From Trueperaceae bacterium (lineage in GTDB: Bacteria > Deinococcota > Deinococci > Deinococcales > Trueperaceae): a stretch of 64,000 bases of DNA. Below, in pieces: positions 48,646-59,454 of this stretch. The DNA lies in NCBI GenBank assembly GCA_034520945.1, contig JAXHNB010000008.1:143125-207124 (forward strand), given 5' to 3'. Numbering within the stretch: the first letter of the stretch is position 1; each line of letters starts with the position of its first letter. The notes beneath the pieces are model-generated. The model saw only the letters and a program-made list of their open reading frames with translations. It was not told where the DNA came from and did not search any database. A program made the translations under genes and the position numbers.

Positions 48646-49968
48646 GTGCCCATGGCCCTCTTGGGCGCAATGATGACGATTCTGGCCAGCTGCGGCCCGT
48701 CCGGTGGCGCCACCGTGACGATCTCCCCGGACGCTTTCGTGCTCGTGGTGGGCGAAGAACGCGCGCTCACGGCGACGGTCGACGCGTCCGGCGGTGTGTC
48801 CGACGAGGTCACGTGGCGTAGCGACGACGCGTCCGTGGCGACGGTCAACGAGGATGGGCGGGTGACCGCGGTGGCCGAGGGCGTCGCCACCGTGACCGCC
48901 ACGAGCGTGGACGAGCCCACGGCCAGCGACGCCGTCACCGTCGAGGTGCTGCCCGAAGGGGCGGTACGGTGGACGCGCCGGGTCGGTACGGACGCGTACG
49001 ACGAGGCCGTAGCGGTCGCGGCCGACAGCGAGAACGCCGCCCTGGTCGCGGGAACCACGGCGGGGCCGATGGGCGGCGCCCCGGCGAACGGGGCGGACGT
49101 GTACGTCCGCAAGCTGAACAGCCAAGGGGACGCGCTGTGGACGCACCAGTTCGGGAGCCCCGGCGAGGACCGCGTCTCGCGGGGCGGAGTGGCCGTCGAT
49201 GGGAGCGACGCCGTTCTCGTGGGCGGTCAGGTCGAGGGCGACGTGGAGGGTCATGTCGGCCAAACCGACGCGCTGGTCCGCAAGCTCGACGCGACGGGCG
49301 AGGTCGTCTGGACCCGCCAGTTCGGCACGACCGATACGGACGAGGTGGTCAGCGTCGCGGTGGATGCCGGCAACGCCATTGTTGCGGCTGGCGAGACGCG
49401 CGGCGCCCTGGCCGGGCCGAACACCGGCAAGGACGACGCCTTCGTTCGGAAGCTGGACGCGGACGGCGCGACGCTCTGGACGCGGCAGTTCGGGAGCGGC
49501 ACCTCCGACTATGGCGGCGGAGTGGCGGTCGATGAAGACGGGTACGTGCTGGTGTCCGGTGCGACCGACGGGATGGTCGGTGCCAGCGACCCGGGGGGCC
49601 GCGACGCGTTCGTCCGCAAGTTGGATCCGGACGGTGCGACGCTCTGGACGCGGCAGTTCGGGACCGATGCGTTCGACTCACCCGGCCAGGTGGCGGCCGA
49701 CAGCGCCGGACGCGTGATCGTCGTCGGCGTCACCGAGGGCGGCCTTGGAGGGACCCACGCGGGCGACAGGGACGTCTTCGTCCGCAAGCTCGACGGGGAC
49801 GGTCAGGAGGTCTGGACCCGGCAGTTCGGCACGGCGGCCGAGGAGGGGGCCGTGGGTGTGGCCGTCGACGGCACGGATCAGATCCTCGTGGCCGGCGCCT
49901 CTGGCGGGGACCTCGCGGGACCGGTCGCTGGCGGTTCGGACGGGATCGTGCGCAAGTACGGGCGTTGA
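48646..49968 (+). CDS. Second Ig-like + SBBP beta-propeller lipoprotein (paralogue)
   Basis: Lipobox LASC; same repeats; one repeat unit or more shorter than first copy; start uncertain (ACG 48628). Confidence 0.85.
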   Translation: MPMALLGAMMTILASCGPSGGATVTISPDAFVLVVGEERALTATVDASGGVSDEVTWRSDDASVATVNEDGRVTAVAEGVATVTATSVDEPTASDAVTVEVLPEGAVRWTRRVGTDAYDEAVAVAADSENAALVAGTTAGPMGGAPANGADVYVRKLNSQGDALWTHQFGSPGEDRVSRGGVAVDGSDAVLVGGQVEGDVEGHVGQTDALVRKLDATGEVVWTRQFGTTDTDEVVSVAVDAGNAIVAAGETRGALAGPNTGKDDAFVRKLDADGATLWTRQFGSGTSDYGGGVAVDEDGYVLVSGATDGMVGASDPGGRDAFVRKLDPDGATLWTRQFGTDAFDSPGQVAADSAGRVIVVGVTEGGLGGTHAGDRDVFVRKLDGDGQEVWTRQFGTAAEEGAVGVAVDGTDQILVAGASGGDLAGPVAGGSDGIVRKYGR

Positions 49969-50134
49969 GTTCTCGGCGCCCTGTTGGGCGACGCCGCGGA
50001 GCAGGTACGGTCGTTCATTCACACGTACGGACCCGTTGCGCGGCGTACCCCGTCTGGTTACGGGCGTGGTGAGTCAAGCACGGGCCGTGCGCGTTGTCGT
50101 ACCAGCCAGCGCGACCCCGCTCCAGGGAGGCATA

Positions 50135-50263
50135 GCAGCCGCTGCGGGCGTCGACCGGCGCGTGCGATCGGTGGTGTGGACGAGCTTCAGCGGTCGGAGG
50201 GCCGCGATGGCGGGCGCCGGGGCGCTGAGCGACGAGGACGATGGGGGCGAGGACGGCGGGTGA
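50135..50263 (+). repeat. Diverged copy of 3' end of DUF697-like gene (44846-44966)
   Basis: Near-identical DNA ending GGCGCTGAGCGACGAGGACGATGGGGGCGAGGACGGCGGG. Confidence 0.85.
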
Positions 50264-50541
50264 CTGCCGCTACCGAGCATTAATTCCTTCGCCGCTGCGC
50301 CGTAGATGTTGGCTGCGATCCAGGCGAACCGGGCGAGCCGCTCTAATACGTAGGGAATGTGAGGTTCGAATCCATGGCCAGGCGTCTACTCGAGGCGTCA
50401 CGAGGTGCGGCAGAGCCTACAAGGCCGGGTCGAACATTGCGGCAATCCCCTGTGAAGCGTGATCTCAGGCCGTGACGAAGCCATCTTCGTGCTGGCAACC
50501 TCAGCGACGCGCGACACAAAGAACGTACTCTTCGAGCCGCA

Positions 50542-50880
50542 ATGGATGGGAGTCCACCATGCGACCACGAATACGTGTTTGTCATTGGACACGGACTTCG
50601 GATTCGCGTGCAACTATGGTTTGCAAACCACCGGACCGAGACGTTCTCGATTGCGCTGGAACTCGAGTGGGCGCACGACGACTGGCGAAGGGTCGCCAGC
50701 ATCGACAACTTCGGCGGCTTCGTGCACCGCGATCGATACCGGCCAGACGGCAAACACCATGCACGACACGAGCCCATCTTCCACTCTGACGACCCGGACC
50801 AAGCTGTCGCCTGGGCGACGACGCACTTCATGGAGCACGTGACGAGATACGTGACGGAGTTCCGCCTACGAGATGCGTGA
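50542..50880 (+). CDS. Small hypothetical protein, toxin-like (D..G..H.D/H motif)
   Basis: WRRVASIDNFGGFVHRDRY..DG; upstream partner of a DUF5647-like gene. Confidence 0.6.
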   Translation: MDGSPPCDHEYVFVIGHGLRIRVQLWFANHRTETFSIALELEWAHDDWRRVASIDNFGGFVHRDRYRPDGKHHARHEPIFHSDDPDQAVAWATTHFMEHVTRYVTEFRLRDA

Positions 50881-50967
50881 AGCGCCTACGCTCCTACCGA
50901 AAGGGTAGGGCCGATTTCACGTTCCCTGAAGCGCCTTGCTATAACCTCATCTTGAGGAGGCGACCCC

Positions 50968-51276
50968 ATGCACGGCCGTTCCCGCCCGACGCTGCCCGAT
51001 GGCCGCGGAGACGTCACGCAGCGGAACATCTGGTGGACGATGCTCTTCACGCGTCTGCTGATGAAGAACGAAGAACTCCGGCGTGAGTTTCCGAACGGCA
51101 CCGATGTCATCCTCCTCCCCGAAGGAGACGACGAACTCTTCCGTCACAACCTGAGCCTCTACCGCTCGAGGCGGACCGAGCAACCCGTCGTCCTCGTCAA
51201 CATTGCGGTCCACGATTCGATCGTAGACATCCAGCCCTTAAACGCTAAGCCGCGTCGGGAGTACGCGATCGGCTGA
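50968..51276 (+). CDS. DUF5647-like small protein
   Basis: F.R.L..N.E.....P.G..VILLPE.D.EL...NL pattern; start uncertain. Confidence 0.55.
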   Translation: MHGRSRPTLPDGRGDVTQRNIWWTMLFTRLLMKNEELRREFPNGTDVILLPEGDDELFRHNLSLYRSRRTEQPVVLVNIAVHDSIVDIQPLNAKPRREYAIG

Positions 51277-51356
51277 GCCGTCGGGACTGTCTGGACGGCC
51301 CCGGCAGCTGAAGAGTCGGGCATTCGGGGCGCGTGAAGCGATGCTCCCCCGCCGCG

Positions 51357-52316
51357 TCACGGCAGCGTCGCGAAGAACGCGCGGATCGCCGCGGCCGTGC
51401 CGTCGGGCCAGGTGTGCGGGTAGTGACGTCCGCCCGGCCCGGTGGCGTCGTCGTGCGGACACCAGGTCACGGGGTTCTCGGCGTCGTGCTCGCCGAATCG
51501 GACGCAACGCAACGCGGCCAGCGCCGGATGCCGGGTCGGCACGGCCGGTGTGGCGTGGAGGCCGTTGGCGGCACGAAAGGCGTCGCGCACGCGCTCGCCG
51601 ACGCTGAAGGGCACCAGGCGATCGTCGGGATGATGGAGGATCATCGCGGCGGCCCCGCCGACGCAGTCGCGTCCCTGGAGCCCGCCCGCCACCGACGCGA
51701 CGGCCCGGATGCGCTGGCCGAGGCGGCAGGCGACGTCGTTGGCGAACGAGGCGCCGAGGGAGTGGCCGACGACGAACACGCGCTCCAGGTCGATGCAGGT
51801 GGCGCCGCCGAAGGTCTCGACGATCGCCTCCACCAGCGCGAAGTCGCGCAGGCGCCCCGGCGGATCGCCTGGATTGCGCCACGCAAACGTACCTGCACGG
51901 GCCGGCAGGGCGCGCGGGTAGACGATCACCGCTTCCGGCAGCGCCCGATCGAGGTCCACGTAGCGCCGCACGCGTGCAGCGTCGTTGGTGCGCCCGTGGA
52001 ACACGATCACCAGGTCCCGCGGAGGGCCGTCCCCGCCGGTCGGCACGCGCGCCAGGACCGGGCGTTCGCGGCCGTCCACCACCACCTGCTCGGGGGGCCA
52101 GGCCGGCCGGGACAGCGAACAGCCGGGCGAGGACCGGATCGCTTGGGGTTCGCGTCGCGCGGCCGCCGGGTCGGTGCCGGCGCCGGTGTCGTTCGGGCTG
52201 ACGGATGGAGCGCAGGCGACCAGGAGCAGGACGCTGGCCGTGAAGGCCACGAGCACGGCGAGGAGCAGTCGCGGATCGCGGCAGCGCCGTGGTGGGCGAT
52301 GTCGTCGAAACGGCAC
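51357..52316 (-). CDS. Lipoprotein alpha/beta-hydrolase esterase (LpqP/PHB depolymerase-like)
   Basis: LVAC lipobox, VFHG, GHSLG, D..VP, HTWP; TACGAT-N6-GTG. Confidence 0.85.
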   Translation of the reverse strand: MPFRRHRPPRRCRDPRLLLAVLVAFTASVLLLVACAPSVSPNDTGAGTDPAAARREPQAIRSSPGCSLSRPAWPPEQVVVDGRERPVLARVPTGGDGPPRDLVIVFHGRTNDAARVRRYVDLDRALPEAVIVYPRALPARAGTFAWRNPGDPPGRLRDFALVEAIVETFGGATCIDLERVFVVGHSLGASFANDVACRLGQRIRAVASVAGGLQGRDCVGGAAAMILHHPDDRLVPFSVGERVRDAFRAANGLHATPAVPTRHPALAALRCVRFGEHDAENPVTWCPHDDATGPGGRHYPHTWPDGTAAAIRAFFATLP

Positions 52317-52527
52317 GCCGCGATCGTACCGTTGAGATCGTGCCGTGCGCGCCCTCGCAGGCGCCGACCCGACATCGACGGCGAGGGTGCGCCGCCAGGC
52401 GAGCATGCTTTATGCCCTACGGCGATGCATCTCCCGAACGGCCGACACGCACACGGCGTCCGCGTCAGACGCGCCGGCCCATGCCATGCTATTCTGAGGT
52501 AGCAACACTCTGGAATTGGAGGGCCAA

Positions 52528-52980
52528 GTGGCTTCAGCGACGTTCGTCCCGACGCACCGCCCCGACCCCTTGCCCGGCGCGCGGCTCCTCGGCCTCGAGG
52601 GGAAAGACGAGTTCGAGGTAGCGGAACGCATCCACGGCGGCCTGCCGACCGACAGCGTGACGCGCCTGGCGGAGGCGCTCGGTCTGGCCGAGGGGCGCAT
52701 CCTCGAGGTGCTCGACCTCACGGCCAGTACGCATCACGACCGCAAGCGTCGGGGCCGACCGCTCTCGCCCGAGGCGTCGAGCCGCGTCTACCGCGTCGCG
52801 AAGACCGTGGACGCGGCCAGGGACTTCTTCGAGGGCGATGAGGACGCCGGCCGCAGGTGGTTGCTCGGACCGAAGCTGGCCCTGGGTGGCGCGACACCGC
52901 TGGCGTTCGCCCGCACCCCCGAGGGCAGCGACTACGTCATCAAGCTCCTCGGTCGCATGGAGCACGGGATCGTGAGCTGA
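52528..52980 (+). CDS. Xre/MbcA-type antitoxin (DUF2384)
   Basis: LSPEASSRVYRVA, W...P..ALGG.TPL....TPEG...V..LL.R.EHG. Confidence 0.9.
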   Translation: MASATFVPTHRPDPLPGARLLGLEGKDEFEVAERIHGGLPTDSVTRLAEALGLAEGRILEVLDLTASTHHDRKRRGRPLSPEASSRVYRVAKTVDAARDFFEGDEDAGRRWLLGPKLALGGATPLAFARTPEGSDYVIKLLGRMEHGIVS

Positions 52981-53471
52981 GCCGCCTCACGACCTATCGC
53001 ATCAGCAAGGCGAAATACAAGGCCACGACGATGAGCGGAACTGGTGCGTTCAAGGTCGGTGGTCGCTGGAACAGTCCTGGGCGTCCGGTCGCATACGTGG
53101 CCGGCAACCTCACGTTGGCCATGCTGGAGCTACTGGTGCACGCCGATGCGGAGAGCCTGCTCGCGCTCCGCTATATCTACCACCGGGTGCGCGTTCCCGA
53201 AGAGGCTTTGGCCGTCCTGGACCCGGATAGTCTGCCAGACGATTGGAATGCGCGACCAGAGCCGCGCTCGACCCAGCTGATCGGCGACGAGTGGCTGGAG
53301 CGGGCGGAGACGCCGGTGCTGGCCGTTCCCAGCGTAGTGGTGCCGCCCGCGGAGCGGTTCGAGCTCACATACATGAATCTTCTCGTCAACCCGCAGCACG
53401 AGACGTATAAAACGCAGGTCGACGTCGGTCAGGTGCACGATCTTGTGTGGGACCCGAGGTTGATGGCCTAG
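52977..53471 (+). CDS. RES-domain toxin (NAD+ phosphorylase/ART-like)
   Basis: YRI...SG.GA..VGGRWNSPG...Y....LAMLE..VH, LAVPSVVVP, N.LVNP.H; CTGA overlap start. Confidence 0.9.
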   Translation: MSRLTTYRISKAKYKATTMSGTGAFKVGGRWNSPGRPVAYVAGNLTLAMLELLVHADAESLLALRYIYHRVRVPEEALAVLDPDSLPDDWNARPEPRSTQLIGDEWLERAETPVLAVPSVVVPPAERFELTYMNLLVNPQHETYKTQVDVGQVHDLVWDPRLMA

Positions 53472-53573
53472 TTTCTGCCCGTGGTGGCTCGCAACACGCA
53501 CTCATGTCGCACGCGAGCGCTCAGAACCGTTGCTTGTCGCGCATCCTGCGCAGTGTTGCGGCAGCTGTGGGGC

Positions 53574-56500
53574 TCAACCCGCCTCCACCGCAGCGTCGCC
53601 GTCATCCACCGGCCCGAGCTCCACCCGCGACATCGCCCCCGTGATCGGTTGGTGCAACCACGCCTCGGTGCAACGTGTATTCGTGGCGGCGGCGACCGCG
53701 CGGCGGTAGAGGTCGATCTGCGCGGCGAACGCCCGCAGCCGCACCTCCTCGCCCTCCAGCCACAGGGGCAGGCTCTTGTGGTCCACGATCGCGATCGCGT
53801 CGCCGGTGTCCACGACCAGGTCCAGGCGGCCGGACACCAACTGTCCGTCGACGCGGGCGAACACGGGCACCTCGTGCTGCAGGGACGCGTTCGGGTAGCG
53901 CTGGGCGAGGAACGCGCGCAACCGGTCCGAGGTGCCGACCAGGTCGCCGGGCGCGATGCTGGTGACGCTCCACGCGTCCAGCGTGGCGTGGGCGCGCGCC
54001 AGCCGCGCCTCGTGCGACCGGATCGCACGGTCCCAGGCGAAGAAGCGGTGACACGCCTCGCCGAGCGCCTGCATGTCGGGCCTGCCGGCAAGAGGGATGC
54101 GGTCGCCGAGGCGCACCGTCTCCACGATCGTGGGCGCGTGCGGGGCCTGCACCGCGCTCGGCGTGAGGGATTTGGGCCGGTGCACCTCCCGTGGCGACGG
54201 GGGAGGACCGAACTCGTCGCTCGGCCCCGCAGGTTCGGTCCGTTCCTCCTCGGCCTGAGGCTCGGGTCGCGTCGCGAAGCGCTGCCCGCCGACAATGAGC
54301 GCGTCATCGTCGATGCGGACGAGCGGTTCGCCGTCCGCATCCTGCAGTTCGTCCAGCCAGGTCTGCTTCTTGCGCTCGTCGCGTGCCAACACCAGGTAGT
54401 CCTGCGCGCGCGTCATCCCCACGTACAGCAGCCGGCGGCGTTCGAGCAGCTCGTCGTGGGTCGCGCGTTGGCCCTGGGGCGACGCGGCTGCGGCCTGGTC
54501 GAGGCCAACGTCCTTCTTCTGCGGGCCGTACGGCCACGGCCAGAAGCGCACCACGCGGTCCGCCAGGGGATCGGTCGGGTCCGGCTCCGCCGGGCCCTCG
54601 GCATCGACGCCGAACGGGTTCGCCTTCGGTTTGGCCTCCAGGTCGGTGAGCACCACGATCGGCCATTGCAGGCCCTTGGCGCCGTGGTACGTGAGAAGGT
54701 GGACGGCGTCCGGATGGGCGTTCTTCGGCTGGGACGCGTCGCCGGCGTCCATAAGCCAGTTGCAGAGGCCCTGGAGCGTCACCGCGCGGCGCATGGCGTG
54801 TTCCGTCGACTGGTACTCCTCGGCCACGGCGCGGAGCGCTTCGAGGTTCGCGAGGCGCGCCTCGGCGTCGTGCCAAGCGCGTACGACCGCGAGCAGCCCC
54901 TCGACGTTCAATACCGCGTCCAACGCCTCGGCGGGGGTGAGGGAGGGCGTCCGGGCGCGCAGCTCCTCCAACGCCTCTGCGAAGTCCACGCACGCGCCGA
55001 GCGCCAACGGCACGTCCTCCGCGAAGGCGACCTCGAGCCAGGCGCCGTCCTCGCCGGCCAGGCGGGCCAGCTCGGCGGCGGCGAGCGTGTCCGCGCGGTC
55101 CGCCACCCAGCGGAGCGCCGCGAGGGCCAGCTCGACCTCGGGCTGGTGCATCAGCCCGCCCCGCTCGACCGATACGCGCACGCCGCGCGCCGCCAGCGCC
55201 GACGCCAGGGCGCCGACCGCGGTGTTCGTGCGGCACAGCACGGCCACGTCCCCGCCCCGCGCCGCTCGGCCGCCGCCCGCTTCGATCGGCCAGGCCCCCG
55301 CATGGCGCACGACCTCCGCCACGTGGGCGGCGAGGTGCGCCGTCCGCAGCTCGGCGTTGCGCCCGCCCACCTCCCAGCAGGCGAAGGCGGGCGCGGCCCC
55401 CTCGGGCTCGGGGCGGTGACAGGCGTCGAACGCCACCTCCTCGCGGGCGAAGCCGGCGGTGGCGAAGCTCGGCCCGAACGCCGCGTTCACGAACTCCGTC
55501 AGGGGCGGGCGCGCGCGGTAGCTCACGGCGAGGAACGCCCGCTGGCCCCCGCTTCGCTCGGTAATGCCGCGGGCCGCACGCAGCGTGAGTTCCGGGGCGG
55601 CATCGCGGAAGGCGTAGATCGACTGCTTGGGGTCGCCCACCCAGACGCTCTGCCTCGCCACGCGGGCCAGCGCCGCGAACAGCGCGAGCTGGATGGGGCT
55701 GGAGTCCTGGAACTCGTCGACGAACACCGCATGAATCGCTTCGCGCAGCCGGGCGTGGTTGGCGGGGTCGTTCACGACCTGCAGCGCGAGCGCCTCCTGG
55801 TCGACGAAGTCGAGGAGCCCTCGCTCCGTCTTGTGGTCGTGGAACGCCGCCATGCAGTCGCGGGCGCAGGCGAACACGGCCCGCACGTACGCCTCGAGGT
55901 CGCGGCGCAGGCGCGGGTGGCGCGGGTGCTGCCCCGCGACGCGGGTCACCTCGTCGAACCATTCGGCGTCGGATCTTGGCCGGGTCGATCTTCGCGAGGC
56001 GCGCCCAGTGGCGATCCAGCGTGAGGGGGCGCGGCGATCGAGGCGCGCCATGCACATTCGTCGACCAGGTCGGTACGCCGGTCTTCGTGCCCTTGCGGCA
56101 ACCGCAGCGCGAACCTCGGGCGTGAGCCTGCGATGGCAGTCGCGGACGGCCTGCTCGAGTTCGGTGTCGAGATCACCGTGGGCGGGCTCCGGCAGCGAGC
56201 GCCAGCAGCGTGCGTACCGAGTGCTCCGCCGACGCCGGCAGCTCGTCGGGGCCGATGCCGTTGGCGCGGGCGGTGTCCACGATGTCGTGCACCTGGTCGC
56301 GCCACCCCGGCGTGCCGCCCGCGAACGAAGCGTACGCCTGGTTGGGGATCTCGAATCGTTCCGCCAGCGGGGCGAGGGTCTCCGCATGGCGGTACATCAG
56401 CGGGCCGGTGGCCTCCGCGAAGGTGGGGCCCACGCGGTCCTCGGCGAGCACCTCGCTGCTGGGGGAGCGGCCGAGCTCGAGGGCGAACTCCGCCACCAAC

Positions 56501-56778
56501 GCGCCGGCGACGGCGTTGACGGTGCCGATGCGGGCCGTCAGCATCTGCGTCGCCAACTCCGGGTGGCCCGCTTCGATGAGCCGGGTGCGGATCCGTCCGG
56601 CCAGCTCGTCGGCGGCGCGGTTGGTGAAGGTGGTGGCGAGGACCGCGCCGGGGCGGACCCCCTCGTGAAGGATGGCCGCGCGGATGCGCTCGACCAGCGT
56701 GTGCGTCTTGCCGGTCCCGGCGGACGCAATGATCGTCGTCACCGGGTTCGGTGCTTGTGGGATCCCGGTGGCGCTCAC
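53574..56778 (-). CDS. AddA-like UvrD helicase-nuclease, frameshifted in this sequence
   Basis: ASAGTGKT, TFTNRAA, VDEFQD, VGDPKQSIY.FR, TYHGAKGLQW, LYVGMTRA, G.LDL...VDHK; indels at ~56200 and ~55980-56090. Confidence 0.85.
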
Positions 56779-59454
56779 GCACTGCCCCGCAGCCGGCAGA
56801 TGGTCGCGAAATCGCACCAGTCGCAGCGCGGCTCCAGCACCAGGGGCAGCCCTTCGAGCGGTGCCTGCTCCTCGTCGTCGACGCCGGTCGCATGCAGCTC
56901 GCCTCGCTCGGCCAGGGTCGTCCAGGTCCGCCACGTCGTCACCACGTGCTGCCACGTCTCGCGCAGGTCGTACGGCACCGGCACCTGCGTGCCGGCGAGG
57001 CCCTTGCCTCGGGGCGTGAGGAACTCGCCGTCGCGCAGCAGGAAGTACCCGCCGCGGGGCCTGTCAGGCGAGGTCATCACGCCGTAGACCGCCAGCTGCA
57101 CGGCGCGTCCCTCGCGCAGCTCGTCGCGGCGGTAGGTGCGGCTGCGCGTCCACTTCAGGTCCACCACCACGCGGTCCCCGGCGGGATCATGGGCCAACAG
57201 GTCGATGGCGCCCTGCAGCGGCGGGCCTTCGGCGGGTTGTGCTTGGTCGTACAGTTCGGTGGCGACGACCTCGAGGGCGTTCTCGCGCAGCAACCGCGCC
57301 AAGCTCCCCATGGCGCGCGGCAGGCGCAGCCGCGCGTCCATCAGGTCCACCGCGTGCGCCGGCTGCAGCAGCGGAACGGCGCGCTGCTCGATCAGCGATT
57401 CGAGGAGTTCGCTCGCCCGTGTCGCCGCCACTTCCGGCTCGGGCGGCGGGCCCGCTTCGAACAGCTCCTTCGACAGCGCGTGCGCGAGGGTACCCAGCAG
57501 CTGGTGGGTGTCGGGAATGGCCCGCCCACGCGCGGGACGCAGGCGCGCCAGGTCGTGCAGCGACCACTTGAGTTGGCACTGGAAGAGGCGGGTCAGCGAG
57601 GTCGCGGACTCGGTGCGCCCCGCGAGCTTCGCGGGCAGCGCACCTGGCGCCGGCCAGTGGCGGGTGGCCTGCGGCAGCGGCCGCCGCTCGATCGCTTCGC
57701 GCGGCAGGTCGGCCCCGCCGAGGCGGAGGCGCGGCCCGGAGAGCGCCCACTCAAGGGTGGTGCGGACCGCGAGGCGCTTCAGTGCCGGCGCGAGTCGGTG
57801 CGCGAGGGGGTGCGTCGCTTCCTCGCCGCCGGCTTCGAGGCCGACGGGGAGGAGGACCAGCCGCCCTCGGGCCTGCAGCACCGCGCGCTCCCAGGCCGCG
57901 CTGAGCGCGCGCGCGGCGCGGTCCTCGTCGTCGGGTTCGGCGCCCGCGGCGCGAAGCTCACGGCGCTCCGCCTCGCTCCAGGGCGTGCGTTCGGGGACGC
58001 TCGTCCATGTTCCGCCAGTCCCACCACACCACGGCGCCTGCAGGGCCCCAGATGGCGCCCGGATGCGTCACCGCGTGGGGGGAGCCGGCCTCCGCGAGCA
58101 CGTCGGGATCCCCTTCGCCCTCGGCCAGGGCCTGATCGATCACGCGGTCCAGGAGTCGCTTGGGGTAGTGCGTCCGGTCCAGCGCCCGCAGGGCCGCGCG
58201 GACGTCGGATGCGGCGCGCGCCGTTGCGGGGTAGAGCGCCTCGAATGTGGCGTGATGCCGCGCCCAGGCCCAGGCCTCGACGCGGTCGCAGATCGCGGTG
58301 GCGGCGCCCGCGGGCATGCCCTCGTCCGGGTCGGCGCTTTCCGGCTCGACCCATGCGCGCCACGCCTCGAGGCGGCTACGTGCCTGACGCGTATCGCCTT
58401 CGTGTTCGGCGCGCTCGAGCTCGCGCGCTTCCAGGCGCTGCCACGCTTCGTGCCACTCGAGGGACGCGACGCCCGGCGCCTGCTCGAGCGCGCCGGCCAG
58501 GCGGTGCGCGGCGCGCGGCGGCAACGGCCCGTCCTCCAGCACCAGCAGGTCCATCAACGCCCGCACGTCCAGGGGACGCCACGCGATCTGGAAGGCGAGC
58601 AGAAGGACCTGCAGGCTGCCGCGATAGGTGGAGCGACCGCCGGTACCGAGGCGGGGGCGCGCCCGCCGCAGCATGGCCCGGTCGAGCACACCTCCGGACC
58701 CGTCGGGCGTGAGAAGCACGGTGTCGTCGCGCGTGGGGGACGCCTGCAGCCACTGCGCCACCAGCTCGCCGCCCAGCAGTGCGCTGCTGGAGGTCGCGAT
58801 CTCGACCGTTCCGTCCGCCTCCCCGTCCAGCGCCGCCTCGTCGCCGTGCTGGAGCCACCGCTGCACGCGTCCCAGCGATGTGCCGGCGTCGGCGGCGGGC
58901 GCGGGTTCGATCGCATTGACGGGCACGCCGGCGGCTTCCAGGGCGGCCAGCACCCGCCGCCAGGAGGGCGGAAGGTCGCCGCGACGCTCGACGAGCCGCA
59001 CCTGCGCGATGGCGTCGGAGACGGGCGCCTCCTCCCGCAGGGCGCGTTCGACGTTCTGGAGGCGGTCTTGCGGGCCCGCGGGCAGTGTCGGTCCCGCGCG
59101 CTCGGCATCGGACAGGTGCGCCAGCCGTTGCTCCCGGTACTCCAGGCGGGCGTCCCAACCGGCCGCGACCAGTTCGTCGCGCCACTGCAGCAGCAGACGT
59201 GCGGTGGCCCACCCGTCGGCCTCGAGGGAACGCGACCAGAACCGACCGCCGTCGTCGCTCGCCTCGAGCTTCGCCTGCCAGGTGGCGGTGCGTTCGACGG
59301 CGGCGACGTGCGGCGCGCTCCGCCCCAGGACCGTCTCCAGCAGCTCGAGCAAGCCGGCCGGTCCCACCACGGGTTCGCCGAGCGAGCCGCTGCCGGCACC
59401 GCCGTGCGGAGGCCATGCGCCACCATCCGCCCACAAGCCGAAGGTGACGTTCAT
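56775..59454 (-). CDS. AddB-like PD-(D/E)xK nuclease with Fe-S cysteines, frameshifted
   Basis: GPAGLLELLE..LG N-terminus; C..W, GAIDL...VDLK, QLAVY, CDWCDFATIC; +1 indel in GGGG run at 57993-57996. Confidence 0.8.

Noticed and set aside
34951..50263. Diversity-generating retroelement (RT plus nearby repeats)
   Set aside because: RT motifs are Abi/UG-like, no avd gene is seen, and differences between repeat copies (44846 vs 50135) are not adenine-specific
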